NCBI GenBank assembly: GCA_046313635.1
Contig: JBKBYA010000005.1
Location: 125,483 to 189,482, forward strand
Direction: 5' to 3'
Length of the DNA stretch: 64,000 bases
Origin: Pyrinomonadaceae bacterium
GTDB taxonomy: Bacteria; Acidobacteriota; Blastocatellia; Pyrinomonadales; Pyrinomonadaceae
Shown: positions 23,712 through 33,379 of the stretch, one piece after another
Layout: every line of letters starts with the position of its first letter
How positions within the stretch are numbered: the first letter of the stretch is position 1
Notes under the pieces: generated by a model
Database searches by the model: none
Told to the model about the DNA's origin: nothing
What the model saw: only the letters and a program-made list of their open reading frames with translations
Made by a program: the position numbers and the translations under genes

Positions 23712-24527
23712 TTACGGCACAAAATTATAGGTGATCACACCGGAAACCTTGACCGGCTGCCCCGACAAGAGCGTCGGGCTAAAGCGAGCCTGTCGTGCGG
23801 CAGCAACGGCCGCGGCCTGGAGCAGCGGGTGACCGCCAGCCGCGCTTGCCGAAACGACGCGGCCCTGCTCATCGATCAGAACCTGAACCGGGACCGTACC
23901 AGATGCGCGCACGGCTCGTGCGGCTGCGGGGTACGCAGGCTTTGGCAGGCTGACGGCTTTACCGTTAAGCACGCCGCCCGAAACTGTCTTGGGCGGTTCT
24001 TTTTTGATCGGCGGCGGCGGCGGCGGCGCTGCGCCTCCACCGTCATCGTTGCCTCCGCCTCCAAAGTTGCCCGAGTCGCTGCCGCTGCCGGACGTGTTCA
24101 CCGGGCCCTTGTAGTCAGGCGGCGGTGCGTTGGCAGCCGAGTAGTTGCGGTCACCGACGACCGTGTACTTATTCGGGTCTCGCGGCGGGATCTTTGAAGC
24201 CTCGTTACTGATCTTATCCGGCACCTTCGGCGGAGGCTCGTCCATCGAAGCGATGATCTCCTTGCGGATATCAACGTTCGGATCTTTCTGCTGCTGCGGC
24301 TTCTCTTCAGGCTTGGGCGGCGGCTCCTCTTCAGGAACGGGAACCGGCGCGACGAGCGTCGAGAGCTCCAGGTCGCTGCCGCCCATTCCGTAGTCCTTTG
24401 CAAACAAGCTGTAGAGCCACGCACTGCAGAGGATGGTCACCATCAACACAAAAACACCGAGGAGGAATTCACTCCGCCTGGTGTTTTCGGCTGCGTTGCT
24501 TTTGGATTCAACTAATTGGTCTAACAT
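23712..24527 (-). CDS. tonB: Energy transducer TonB
   Basis: N-terminal TM, Pro-rich linker, TonB C-domain (PAYP..AR...GTV.VQVLIDEQG...ARFSP). Confidence 0.9.
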   Translation of the reverse strand: MLDQLVESKSNAAENTRRSEFLLGVFVLMVTILCSAWLYSLFAKDYGMGGSDLELSTLVAPVPVPEEEPPPKPEEKPQQQKDPNVDIRKEIIASMDEPPPKVPDKISNEASKIPPRDPNKYTVVGDRNYSAANAPPPDYKGPVNTSGSGSDSGNFGGGGNDDGGGAAPPPPPPIKKEPPKTVSGGVLNGKAVSLPKPAYPAAARAVRASGTVPVQVLIDEQGRVVSASAAGGHPLLQAAAVAAARQARFSPTLLSGQPVKVSGVITYNFVP

Positions 24528-24793
24528 CGAATTTCCTCCCCTCTCTCCGGTGCCAACTTTGGTCAAGGGCTATAAAGTTTTATTAGTGCTTTGATGTAAC
24601 GTCCGGGAAACCGAGTTGTAACTGATGGAGGCACGGCCGATCTACCATGGCCTTCCCCAGTGTCCCAACTGCAGAGCGGGCAATTCGAAAACGCCAGCCG
24701 CGTATAAAAACACCGCCCCTGTTTCCGCTAGCTTCTCCAAGAAAGACGGACGAGGGCGACAGTACGCTATTTACTTGACCAGCAACGAGTAGC

Positions 24794-24822
24794 AGTCTAA
24801 AAGTTTGCTCTCGGAAAGTCAA
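24794..24822 (-). promoter_or_regulatory. Sigma70-type promoter for the tonB operon
   Basis: Minus strand TTGACT-N17-TAGACT. Confidence 0.65.
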
Positions 24823-24908
24823 GAACCGTGCCCGAACTCAAAGCACGCTCACGTACTTAGACAACTGTTAAGGGAGATTGTTCCAAATGAAAGCGCGCAG
24901 ATTATGAG

Positions 24909-25997
24909 TTACCGCGTTACAGGGCGCCGAGTGACCGACCGGCGCGATGCCGAGGCCATCTTTTCCTTCCGGGCCGGAGCGAGCGTTTCCTTCACCTCAG
25001 CCTCGCCGAGCTTGTCCTGCCACCAGATCGCGATCGGGCTCGCGATGGCTACTGTCGAATATGTTCCGACGATCGTGCCGACAAACAGCGCAAGCGAAAA
25101 GCTTCTGAGCACCTCTCCGCCAAATAGCACGAGAGCCAGAACGGACAGGAATACGAGGCCGCCCGTGATCACCGTTCGCGAGAGCGTCTGATTGATCGCT
25201 TCGTTCGTTATACGGAAGAGCGAGCCCGTTCGGTTGAGCACGAGATTCTCGCGAATGCGGTCAAATATCACGATCGAATCGTTCACCGAAAATCCGACGA
25301 TGGTAAGGATAGCCGCAATGACGGTGAGGTTGACCTCCCATTGGAAGATCGAGAAAAACGCCAAAACCGTGAGCACGTCGTGAAATACTGCGATCACGGC
25401 GCCCGCGGCGTATGTCCAGTCGTAGCGAAACGCGATAAAGAGCAGGATGCCGATACAGCCCAGCAGCGTCGCGGTGACCGCACGGTTGCGAAGCTCCGAG
25501 CCCGCGACCGCACCGACCGAATCGGTACCGATGATCTTGTAGGCGGCCTGCTGGTCACTTTCGAGGGTCGCGTCGCCTTCGGCTTCTTTTCCGAATGTGT
25601 CGAGCGCCTGCTTGACGACGGTCCGGCCCGCCTGGACCTGCGCCGCCGACGACGGCTCGCCCTCGGTCTGCGGAGCCGCCTGTCCCTCGATAAGCGGGAT
25701 CTTGATCAGCACCTCGTCGGGCTTGTTGGTCGACGCCTGGATCGTCGAGTCGCTGATGCCCGCGGCGTTCAGCGCACTGCGTATCTCGTCCTCGGACGGA
25801 CGCTGGCGAAATTTTGCCGTGACGACCGTTCCGCCCTGAAAGTCCACGCCGAGATTGAATGCCTCGGTCCCGCCCGGCGTCATCTGCCGGCCGATCGCGG
25901 ACACAAGCCCGCTCAACAGGATCAAAATGGAAACACCGATAAAAATACGACGTTTTCCGAGCCAGTCAATGTCGACGTTTTGAAATAGATTGAACAT
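24909..25997 (-). CDS. secF: Protein translocase subunit SecF
   Basis: LGVDFQGGT, HDVL, GFSVNDSIVIFDRIRE, QTLSRT, GTYS. Confidence 0.96.
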   Translation of the reverse strand: MFNLFQNVDIDWLGKRRIFIGVSILILLSGLVSAIGRQMTPGGTEAFNLGVDFQGGTVVTAKFRQRPSEDEIRSALNAAGISDSTIQASTNKPDEVLIKIPLIEGQAAPQTEGEPSSAAQVQAGRTVVKQALDTFGKEAEGDATLESDQQAAYKIIGTDSVGAVAGSELRNRAVTATLLGCIGILLFIAFRYDWTYAAGAVIAVFHDVLTVLAFFSIFQWEVNLTVIAAILTIVGFSVNDSIVIFDRIRENLVLNRTGSLFRITNEAINQTLSRTVITGGLVFLSVLALVLFGGEVLRSFSLALFVGTIVGTYSTVAIASPIAIWWQDKLGEAEVKETLAPARKEKMASASRRSVTRRPVTR

Positions 25998-26032
25998 CTG
26001 CAAATGCGCCTCGATACGGCAAAAATCCTATG

Positions 26033-27694
26033 TTAAATGCTCAGTTTCTGCATGTCGGGCCTGCGGCTCAGCTCCCACATAAAGATGGTCCGCGAGACAA
26101 AGACCGCCGTGAAGAGATTGATCAGCAGCCCCAGGATGAGCGTCACCGCAAAGCCGCGGATCGGGCCAGACCCGGTCACGTACAAGATCAGCGACGAGAT
26201 GATCGTCGTGATGTGCGTGTCGATGATCGTGACAAAGGCACGGTCAAATCCGAGACCGATCGCTTCGGCGACCGAGACGCCGCGGCGAAGCTCTTCGCGG
26301 ATGCGCTCAAAGATAAGAACGTTCGAGTCGACCGCCATGCCGATGCCGAGGATAAGACCGGCAATTCCGGGCAGAGTCAGCGTAGACTTGATCATCACGA
26401 GCGCGGCTATCGTGAGGATCATATTCAACACCAGAGCGACGACCGCATTGACGCCCGCGCCGCGGTAATAGAACAGCATAAAGAGGACGACAAAAGCGAG
26501 GCCGCCAAGCGAGGCCTGCACTCCCGATCTGATCGAATCGGCCCCGAGGCTCGGCCCGACCGTGCGCTCCTCCTGATACTCGACCTTTGCCGGCAATGCT
26601 CCAGACTGCAGCGTCAGCGCGAGGTCCTCGGCCGATGCCTTGGTAAAGTTCCCTTCGATCTGGCCCTGGTCAAAGATCTGGCCGCGAATGACGGGCGCCG
26701 ACTTGACCTGGCCGTTGAGCACGATGGCGAGGTACTTGCCGATATTCTTTCCGGTCCACTCTCCGAACTTCTGAGCGCCGGCCGGCTTTAAATTAAAAGT
26801 GATCTGGTAGTCGCCCTCCGAGCCGGTCCGCGAGTATGCCTGTGCGCTCCGCAGTTCGCTGCCGTCGACGATCGGCGGGTACTCGACGATCACAAACTGT
26901 TTTGTCTGTTCCTGCTGGGTCTGCGCCCGCTCGTCCCTTTCGACCAAGGGCAGTATGCGCCGATTTGGCGGGACGACGCCGCCAAGCGACTGCTTGGCCG
27001 CCTCCTCGGTCGGGAAGGTCTGGTAAGTGTCGGTCGCGAGCTTCATCAGCGAGAGATTCGACTCAGATCCGATAAGGTTCTTGACCCGCTCGGGGTCGTC
27101 GACGCCGGGCATCTGCAGGAGGATCTGGCCCGAGGTCGGCGAGCCCTGACGCTGAAGTGTCGGCTCCTTGACGCCAAACGCATTGATCCGGCTGTCGATG
27201 ATCTTCATCGCCTGGTCGGTCGCCTGCTGCTTGAGTCGGTCCTGGGCCTGGTTGTTGAGCGACCACGTGATCGAGTCGTTGTCGCTGCTGACCGCCCAAT
27301 CGGTGAAATCGACCTTTTGGCGGACGGCATCGATGATGGCCTGCGTTTGCGACGGGTCGCTGATATTGAGCGTCACCTCGTAGCGGCCGTTCTCGGTGAC
27401 GGTGCTGCTTCCGGTGACCGGCAGTTTTGCGTCCTGCGCGGCCGTAAGTGCGGCTTGCGCGTCGTTCTCGGTCAGCGTCTTGAGATAATCGTCGAGCTTG
27501 ACCCGCATCACGAGGTGCGAACCGCCGCGGAGGTCGAGTCCGAGATTGATATTCTCCGAGAGATTATTCTTGATGCCCTGCCAGGTGAAGTCCTGCGACG
27601 TCGGCACACGCCGCGGGCCGAAGACAAGGTACAAACCCGCAAGCGTGATCGCCAGAATGATGGCGGTTCTGATCCACAAACCCCTATTTTTCAT
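26033..27694 (-). CDS. secD: Protein translocase subunit SecD
   Basis: LGLDLRGG, RINAFGVKEP, SGALP, VGPSLG, LTLPGIAG, MAVDSNVLIFERIREE. Confidence 0.97.
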   Translation of the reverse strand: MKNRGLWIRTAIILAITLAGLYLVFGPRRVPTSQDFTWQGIKNNLSENINLGLDLRGGSHLVMRVKLDDYLKTLTENDAQAALTAAQDAKLPVTGSSTVTENGRYEVTLNISDPSQTQAIIDAVRQKVDFTDWAVSSDNDSITWSLNNQAQDRLKQQATDQAMKIIDSRINAFGVKEPTLQRQGSPTSGQILLQMPGVDDPERVKNLIGSESNLSLMKLATDTYQTFPTEEAAKQSLGGVVPPNRRILPLVERDERAQTQQEQTKQFVIVEYPPIVDGSELRSAQAYSRTGSEGDYQITFNLKPAGAQKFGEWTGKNIGKYLAIVLNGQVKSAPVIRGQIFDQGQIEGNFTKASAEDLALTLQSGALPAKVEYQEERTVGPSLGADSIRSGVQASLGGLAFVVLFMLFYYRGAGVNAVVALVLNMILTIAALVMIKSTLTLPGIAGLILGIGMAVDSNVLIFERIREELRRGVSVAEAIGLGFDRAFVTIIDTHITTIISSLILYVTGSGPIRGFAVTLILGLLINLFTAVFVSRTIFMWELSRRPDMQKLSI

Positions 27695-27730
27695 CGATGA
27701 AAAAGCACGCGGGAGCCGCTCCCGCAATTC

Positions 27731-28030
27731 CTATTTTTCAGGTCTCTTGCCGACGACGGCGCTTTTGCCGATCTCGAGAAAGGTCTTTTCGGCGCTCTGG
27801 ATGATAAAGCTCGTGTCTCGTATCTCCTTGATCCGCCCGATGACGCCGCCGCTGGTGACGACCTCGTCGTTGATCTTCAGGTTGGCGATCATGTTCTGCA
27901 GCTCGTTGCGCTGCCTCTTTTGCGGCAGTATGACCAGCACGTAAAAAATGCCGAAGATCAGGATAAAGGGCAGGAGCGTACCGATTATGCCGAGACCTGA
28001 GCCTCCGTCTTGAAATAATAGAAGATACAT
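27731..28030 (-). CDS. yajC: Preprotein translocase subunit YajC
   Basis: TM then ILPQKRQ...VVTSGGVIG; conserved position between tgt and secD. Confidence 0.92.
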   Translation of the reverse strand: MYLLLFQDGGSGLGIIGTLLPFILIFGIFYVLVILPQKRQRNELQNMIANLKINDEVVTSGGVIGRIKEIRDTSFIIQSAEKTFLEIGKSAVVGKRPEK

Positions 28031-28087
28031 AGTCGGTTGCGAGACGCGCAGAGCAAAAGCCAATCTTATACGAGCGATTCGGCATTA

Positions 28088-29281
28088 TCAAACGCCTGCC
28101 GGTTCGCTGCCAGCCGCAAGTTTCTCCAGGAACGTTTTCTTGAATGCGAGGAATTCGCCAAGTTTGATAGCTTGCCTAACGCGGCGCATCGTGTCAAGAA
28201 AGAACGCCACGTTGTGATGCGAGATCAGCATCGCGGCAAGCATCTCGCCGGACTGGTAGAGATGACGAAGATATGCACGCGAGTATCGGCGGCAGACCGA
28301 GCACGGGCAATCGTCGTCGAGCGGCGATGCGTCGGTGATGAACTTCGCGTTGCGGATGTTGAGCCTGCCGCGCGAGGTAAAGGCGCTTCCCGTACGGCCG
28401 TTGCGGGTCGGGATCACGCAGTCAAACATATCGACGCCGTGCGAGACGGCCTCGATCATATCTTCAGGCGTGCCGACGCCCATCAGGTATCGCGGAGCGT
28501 CCGACGGCATCCGCGGCGTGATGTGCTCAAGCACGCCGTACATCACCGGCTTCTCTTCGCCGACGCTGAGGCCGCCGATCGCGTAGCCGTCAAAACCGAT
28601 CTCGACGGTCCGCTCAAGACTCTCGCTTCGCAGATCGTGATGCCCGGCGCCCTGCACGATCCCGAAGAGCGCCTGCCGGCCGCTTACGCCGCGGCCGCCC
28701 GCGTCGGCGACGAAGCCGGAATCCTGACCCGCGTCCTGCAGTTCGCGAAAGCGCGCCTTTGACCGCGCGGCCCAGCGTGCGGTGAGCTCGAGGCTTGTCC
28801 TCGTTCGCTCGTGTCCGGCGTCGCCCGGCGGGCACTCGTCAAACGCCATCACGATCTCTGATCCGAGCGCGGCCTGGATCTCCATCGAGATCTCGGGCGA
28901 GATGAACTTTTTGCTCCCATCCAGATGCGAGCGAAACTCGACGCCGTCCTCGGTCAACCTGCGCATCTCGCTCAGCGAAAAGACCTGAAAGCCGCCCGAG
29001 TCGGTCAGCAGCGATCGCTGCCACGTCGTGAAGCTGTGCAGTCCGCCGAGCGCGCGGATCGTGTCAGGGCCCGGCCGCAAAAAGAGGTGGTACGTGTTGC
29101 CGAGTATGATCCGCGCGTCGAGCTCGTCCTCGAGCCATTCAAAACGGATGCCCTTGACGGTACCCTGCGTGCCGACCGGCATAAAGACCGGCGTCTCGAT
29201 CGTCGAACGCCTGGTCTGCAGGACGCCCGTGCGGGCGTTGCCGTCTCGCGCGGTGACGGTCCAATCGAGAGGCTTATCCAT
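28088..29281 (-). CDS. tgt: tRNA-guanine transglycosylase
   Basis: TPVFMPVGT, NTYHL, TDSGGFQVFSL, FGIVQG, GGLSVGE, YLMGVG, DMFDCV.PTR, CxCxxC...H. Confidence 0.97.
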   Translation of the reverse strand: MDKPLDWTVTARDGNARTGVLQTRRSTIETPVFMPVGTQGTVKGIRFEWLEDELDARIILGNTYHLFLRPGPDTIRALGGLHSFTTWQRSLLTDSGGFQVFSLSEMRRLTEDGVEFRSHLDGSKKFISPEISMEIQAALGSEIVMAFDECPPGDAGHERTRTSLELTARWAARSKARFRELQDAGQDSGFVADAGGRGVSGRQALFGIVQGAGHHDLRSESLERTVEIGFDGYAIGGLSVGEEKPVMYGVLEHITPRMPSDAPRYLMGVGTPEDMIEAVSHGVDMFDCVIPTRNGRTGSAFTSRGRLNIRNAKFITDASPLDDDCPCSVCRRYSRAYLRHLYQSGEMLAAMLISHHNVAFFLDTMRRVRQAIKLGEFLAFKKTFLEKLAAGSEPAGV

Positions 29282-30779
29282 TCGCCTCCGTACCGCTGCC
29301 GTCGGCCGAGCGAGACACCAGAGCCCAGATATTGCGCGCTCCGACCGCCGTCTCTGTCTGGATGCGCCCGTCCTCACCGACCAGAACGGCCGAGGGCGTG
29401 CCGAACATTCCCAAACTCGCCGCAACCTTGTAGCCCGGGTCGATCACGACCGGCGAGGTTAAGCCGAGCGCCGAATTGTCTTCGACCGGGCCGTCGGTAA
29501 AGACCACGATCGCCGGGTCGTCGGGCCCGCGCCGCCGTTCCCATTCCCTTAGCGATCCGAGCATCGCTCCGCAGTGCGGGCAGCCCGGACTCCAAAACGC
29601 GACGAGCGTCCGACGGCCGAGGATGTCGTCGTGCGACACGCGTCGCCCGGCGATGTCCTTCAGCTCGAATTGCGGGATTGTCTTGCCGATCTTCGGCGGA
29701 CGGCCGAGCGGGTCGTTGCGCAGCGCGTAAAATCCGGTGCCGCTTGTATCTTGTCCGGCCTCGATCCGTTCGATCAGTGCGCGGATCGCCTCGTCGCCCA
29801 CCGCCGTATTGCTCGCAACGCGGCCGTCGCCCGAGACAAAGAGTGCGGTCGGCGTCCACCGCGCACCGACGCTCTTGGCGACCTCGCGATCGCGTTCGAT
29901 CAGTACGAGGCCGTCGGTCCCGAACTTCGCGCGGTTCTCGCGTACCGTTCCGCTGCTCACAAGTACGATCTCCGCCTTGCCTGCGAGCCTCGCTCGCCAC
30001 TCGCCGATCTCCGGAACGAGCGCGGCGCACGGACTGCAGTTCGGCCCGACGAAAAGCAGCAGGAGCGGCTCGCCGTCGACCGTCAGATCATCGAGCGTGA
30101 ATGTCGTTCCGGAGACGTCCGGCAATTCAAATTCCGGAAAGAGTGCGCCGATCGGCAGTGCGTCCATCGGATCGCCTGCCTCGTCCCGCGTGACGGCCGC
30201 GTGACCGTGACCGTCGTGCGACATCAGCTCGAGCATCTCGATACGGCGCAGGATCGTCCGCTGCTGATCGGCGATGCGGCGCAGATACATCAAGACCCCG
30301 ACGACCAGCGCGGCTACGAGGATGCCGATCAGCGTCGGCATCATCTCGAGTCTGACGTCCGCGATGTCGAGCCCCTGCCCGTCCCGGCCGCGAACGACCG
30401 GCACCAGAGCGATCGCCAGCAGTGCGGCGTTTCGAAGAACAGAAAGTTTGCTTACAGGCTTGCTGTACAGCTGCCCAAAGCAGTGACAATCCGGCGTGCG
30501 GCCCTTGTAGAGCTGGTACGCCATCCCGGCGATAAAGATGATGAGGAGCTGTGCCGCCGCGACCGCGCCGTAAAAGGACGTCGCGGTAGAGAGCAGCGAT
30601 CCGGCGATCACGATCTCGAGCGCCGACAGCAGCACCGCATACGGGCGGGCCCAACGCTCCGGTATCCCAAATCCGCTCGCCGCCTTCTCCGCACCGGCGA
30701 GGTCCGCGAGTTTAGCAAAGCCAGCGACGGCAAACACGACCGCGAGGAATATCCTGACGATAAGTAGAAACAGGTCCAT
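29274..30779 (-). CDS. MauE/DoxX membrane domain fused to two thioredoxin-like (redoxin) domains
   Basis: TM region with DCHCFG, then CSPC and CPHC redoxin domains with TP motifs. Confidence 0.82.
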   Translation of the reverse strand: MDLFLLIVRIFLAVVFAVAGFAKLADLAGAEKAASGFGIPERWARPYAVLLSALEIVIAGSLLSTATSFYGAVAAAQLLIIFIAGMAYQLYKGRTPDCHCFGQLYSKPVSKLSVLRNAALLAIALVPVVRGRDGQGLDIADVRLEMMPTLIGILVAALVVGVLMYLRRIADQQRTILRRIEMLELMSHDGHGHAAVTRDEAGDPMDALPIGALFPEFELPDVSGTTFTLDDLTVDGEPLLLLFVGPNCSPCAALVPEIGEWRARLAGKAEIVLVSSGTVRENRAKFGTDGLVLIERDREVAKSVGARWTPTALFVSGDGRVASNTAVGDEAIRALIERIEAGQDTSGTGFYALRNDPLGRPPKIGKTIPQFELKDIAGRRVSHDDILGRRTLVAFWSPGCPHCGAMLGSLREWERRRGPDDPAIVVFTDGPVEDNSALGLTSPVVIDPGYKVAASLGMFGTPSAVLVGEDGRIQTETAVGARNIWALVSRSADGSGTEANG

Positions 30780-32122
30780 TACTTCTTGCTCTTATGGCGC
30801 TCGATCAGCCTGATCGGCGTCGCAAAAAAATCAAATTGCTCACGCAAGCGATTTTCGATGTATCGAAGATACGAAAAGTGCAGCCCCGGCCTGCCGCCCG
30901 ACGTGAAAAGGATGAACAGCGGCGGCCTCGTGCCGCCCTGTGCGATGAATTGGACTTTGAGTCGCGATACGCCGCCCTTTACCGGTGCGGGCGCGGCGCC
31001 GCCCTTTGGCTGCAGGACCGACTCTTCAAAGAAACGATTGAGCTGAGATGTCTGTATGCGCCGGTCGCGGGCCTCGTGAGCTTTCGCGACGAGCGGCAAA
31101 ATTCGCTGGACGCGCTGGCCGGTAAGTGCCGAGATCGTCACGACCGGCGCCCAGTCGAGAAACTTCATCTGCCGGCGCAGCTCTCGCTCGAATTCGATCG
31201 CGGTGTTCGTCTCCTTTTCGTCGATCGCGTCCCACTTGTTGACCGCGATGATGATCGAGCAGCCCGAGTCGAGCGCGTAGCCGGCGATGTTTGCGTCGAG
31301 GTTGGTCACGCCCTCGACGGCGTCGATGACGAGTATCGCGACGTCGGCGCGCTCGAGCGACTTGCGGGCCATGATGACCGAGAGTTTCTCGGCCATCTCG
31401 GTCGTCTTGCCCTTGCGGCGAATGCCCGCGGTATCGATCAAAAGGTATCTTTTACCGTCTGCCTCGAGATGCGTATCGACGGCGTCACGCGTCGTGCCGG
31501 CGATAGGCGAGACGATCACGCGCTCCTCGCCGAGGATCTTGTTCAGCAGCGACGACTTGCCCACGTTCGGCCGGCCGATTATCGCAAGCTTGATCTCGTC
31601 GCTTGCCTGCCCGCCGATCTCTTCTTCAAAATCCAGCGACTCAAAGACCTGGTCGAGCAGGTCGCCGATGCCCGCGCCGTGCTCGGCCGAGACGGGCGTC
31701 AGCTCAAAGCCGAACCGATAGAATTCGCCCGCCTCGTCCTCGGCCTTTCGCGACTCGGCCTTGTTTGCTGCGATATAGACAGGCTTGCCCGTATTCCTCA
31801 GCAGCACGGCGAGCTCCTCGTCGAGCGGCGTGATGCCGGCGCGCGAGTCGACGACCCAGATGATCGACTGCGCTTCGGCGATCGCGTGGCCTGCCTGCTT
31901 GAAAATGTTTGCCGGGATCACCGCTTCGTCATCGGGAACGATCCCGCCCGTATCGACAAGCCTGAATGTCTTCGCCTTCCAATCGACCTCGCCGTAGATG
32001 CGGTCGCGCGTGATGCCAGGCTCATCGCCGACGATCGCCTTGCGGCTGCCCGTCAATCGATTGAACAAGGTGGATTTGCCGACGTTAGGCCGGCCGATGA
32101 TGGCGACAAGAGGCTGAGGCAT
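30779..32122 (-). CDS. der: Ribosome biogenesis GTPase Der
   Basis: Tandem G domains GRPNVGKS/DTGG/NKAE and GRPNVGKS/DTAG/NKWD; C-terminal KH-like domain. Confidence 0.97.
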   Translation of the reverse strand: MPQPLVAIIGRPNVGKSTLFNRLTGSRKAIVGDEPGITRDRIYGEVDWKAKTFRLVDTGGIVPDDEAVIPANIFKQAGHAIAEAQSIIWVVDSRAGITPLDEELAVLLRNTGKPVYIAANKAESRKAEDEAGEFYRFGFELTPVSAEHGAGIGDLLDQVFESLDFEEEIGGQASDEIKLAIIGRPNVGKSSLLNKILGEERVIVSPIAGTTRDAVDTHLEADGKRYLLIDTAGIRRKGKTTEMAEKLSVIMARKSLERADVAILVIDAVEGVTNLDANIAGYALDSGCSIIIAVNKWDAIDEKETNTAIEFERELRRQMKFLDWAPVVTISALTGQRVQRILPLVAKAHEARDRRIQTSQLNRFFEESVLQPKGGAAPAPVKGGVSRLKVQFIAQGGTRPPLFILFTSGGRPGLHFSYLRYIENRLREQFDFFATPIRLIERHKSKK

Positions 32123-32236
32123 CTTTTAGAGAATAATAAAGTTCCGCGAGCCTTGCACGCTATCGCCTGCGGGCCGCAGGCTCGCCGTGTGGTAGCTTGT
32201 TACATTGGCTCCAGTGCACCACGCTCCGCGCCGCTT

Positions 32237-33301
32237 ATGACGACGACCGCTCTCGTACTGATCCTGCTCAGCATTTTGGTCACGCTGCTGTCGCTGCTTT
32301 CGAGCATACGATCCGACGTTTGGTGGATCAGGATTTGGGACTTCCCGCGGCTGCAGGTATTATGCGCGACCTTTCTCCTGCTGACGGCGGTCGTCTACTT
32401 CGCGGATGCGGTCGGTCCTCTGACGCCGGCCCTCGCCGCTGTGCTGCTGCTCGGTGCGTTGTATCAGGCCTATATGATCTATCCGTACACGGCCCTCGCC
32501 CGTGCGCAGGTGCTGCGGTCACGCGATAAGCGGCCGGGGGAGCGCGTACGACTGCTGTTTGCGAACGTGCTGATGACCAACCGCAATTCGGCTCGTCTGA
32601 TCGAGATCATCCGTGCGATCGACCCGGACATCATAATGGCCGCCGAGACCGACGAATGGTGGGCCGGCGAGCTCGCGGGTCTCGAGGCGAGTCATCGCTA
32701 CAGCGTTATTTATCCGCTCGGCAATACGTACGGGATGGTGCTCTATTCGCGGCTTGAACTGGTCGACGCCGAGGTCAAGTTTCTTGTCGAGGATGACATC
32801 CCGTCGATCCACGCGACGGTGCGGCTGCCGGGCGGATCGACATTCGAGCTGCGCTGTCTGCACCCGAGGCCGCCGTTCCCGACCGAGGACGCGTCGGCGA
32901 CGGCCCGCGACGCCGAGCTGCTGATCGTCGGCCGCGAATCAAAGATCAAGAGCGAGCCCTTTGTCGTGATGGGCGACCTGAACGACGTCGCGTGGTCGCG
33001 GACAAACTATCTATTTCAGGACATCAGCGGCCTGCTTGACCCGCGCGTCGGCCGCGGATTTTACAATACGTTTCATGCAAAGCTGCCGCTCGTGAGATTT
33101 CCGCTCGATCATTTTTTTGTTTCGAGTCATTTTAGGCTGGCGAGGTTCACGCGGCTCCCTTACTTCGGTTCGGACCACTTCCCTGTCTTTATCGAGCTCA
33201 GCTTCGAGCCGGACGCGATCGCAGAGCAGCCGCCGCTCTCGGCCGAACCGGACCAGATCGTGGAGGCTTTTGAAAAGATCGATAAGGCACGCGCCGCTTG
33301 A
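32237..33301 (+). CDS. Membrane-anchored endonuclease/exonuclease/phosphatase family protein
   Basis: N-terminal TMs with DFPRLQ, ANV, GDLND, LDH, GSDH; this is the real 3' part of track ORF 30794..33301. Confidence 0.88.
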   Translation: MTTTALVLILLSILVTLLSLLSSIRSDVWWIRIWDFPRLQVLCATFLLLTAVVYFADAVGPLTPALAAVLLLGALYQAYMIYPYTALARAQVLRSRDKRPGERVRLLFANVLMTNRNSARLIEIIRAIDPDIIMAAETDEWWAGELAGLEASHRYSVIYPLGNTYGMVLYSRLELVDAEVKFLVEDDIPSIHATVRLPGGSTFELRCLHPRPPFPTEDASATARDAELLIVGRESKIKSEPFVVMGDLNDVAWSRTNYLFQDISGLLDPRVGRGFYNTFHAKLPLVRFPLDHFFVSSHFRLARFTRLPYFGSDHFPVFIELSFEPDAIAEQPPLSAEPDQIVEAFEKIDKARAA

Positions 33302-33379
33302 AAGAGAAAAACGCCCCGACCGCGTCTTACGGCCGGGGCGTTCACGTCACGCCTTGGTCGACAGGCTTGTCGGCCTCCC

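Noticed and set aside
24528..24790. Cobalamin riboswitch call
   Set aside because: Only partial box resemblance and the 3' conserved element is missing; kept only as an unexplained leader.
28680..28740. Short Gly/Ala-rich insertion in Tgt
   Set aside because: Falls in a loop that varies in length among Tgt proteins; catalytic motifs are intact.
30794..32236. 5' portion of the 835-aa ORF 30794..33301
   Set aside because: Antisense to der; only the part from ATG 32237 looks like a real gene.
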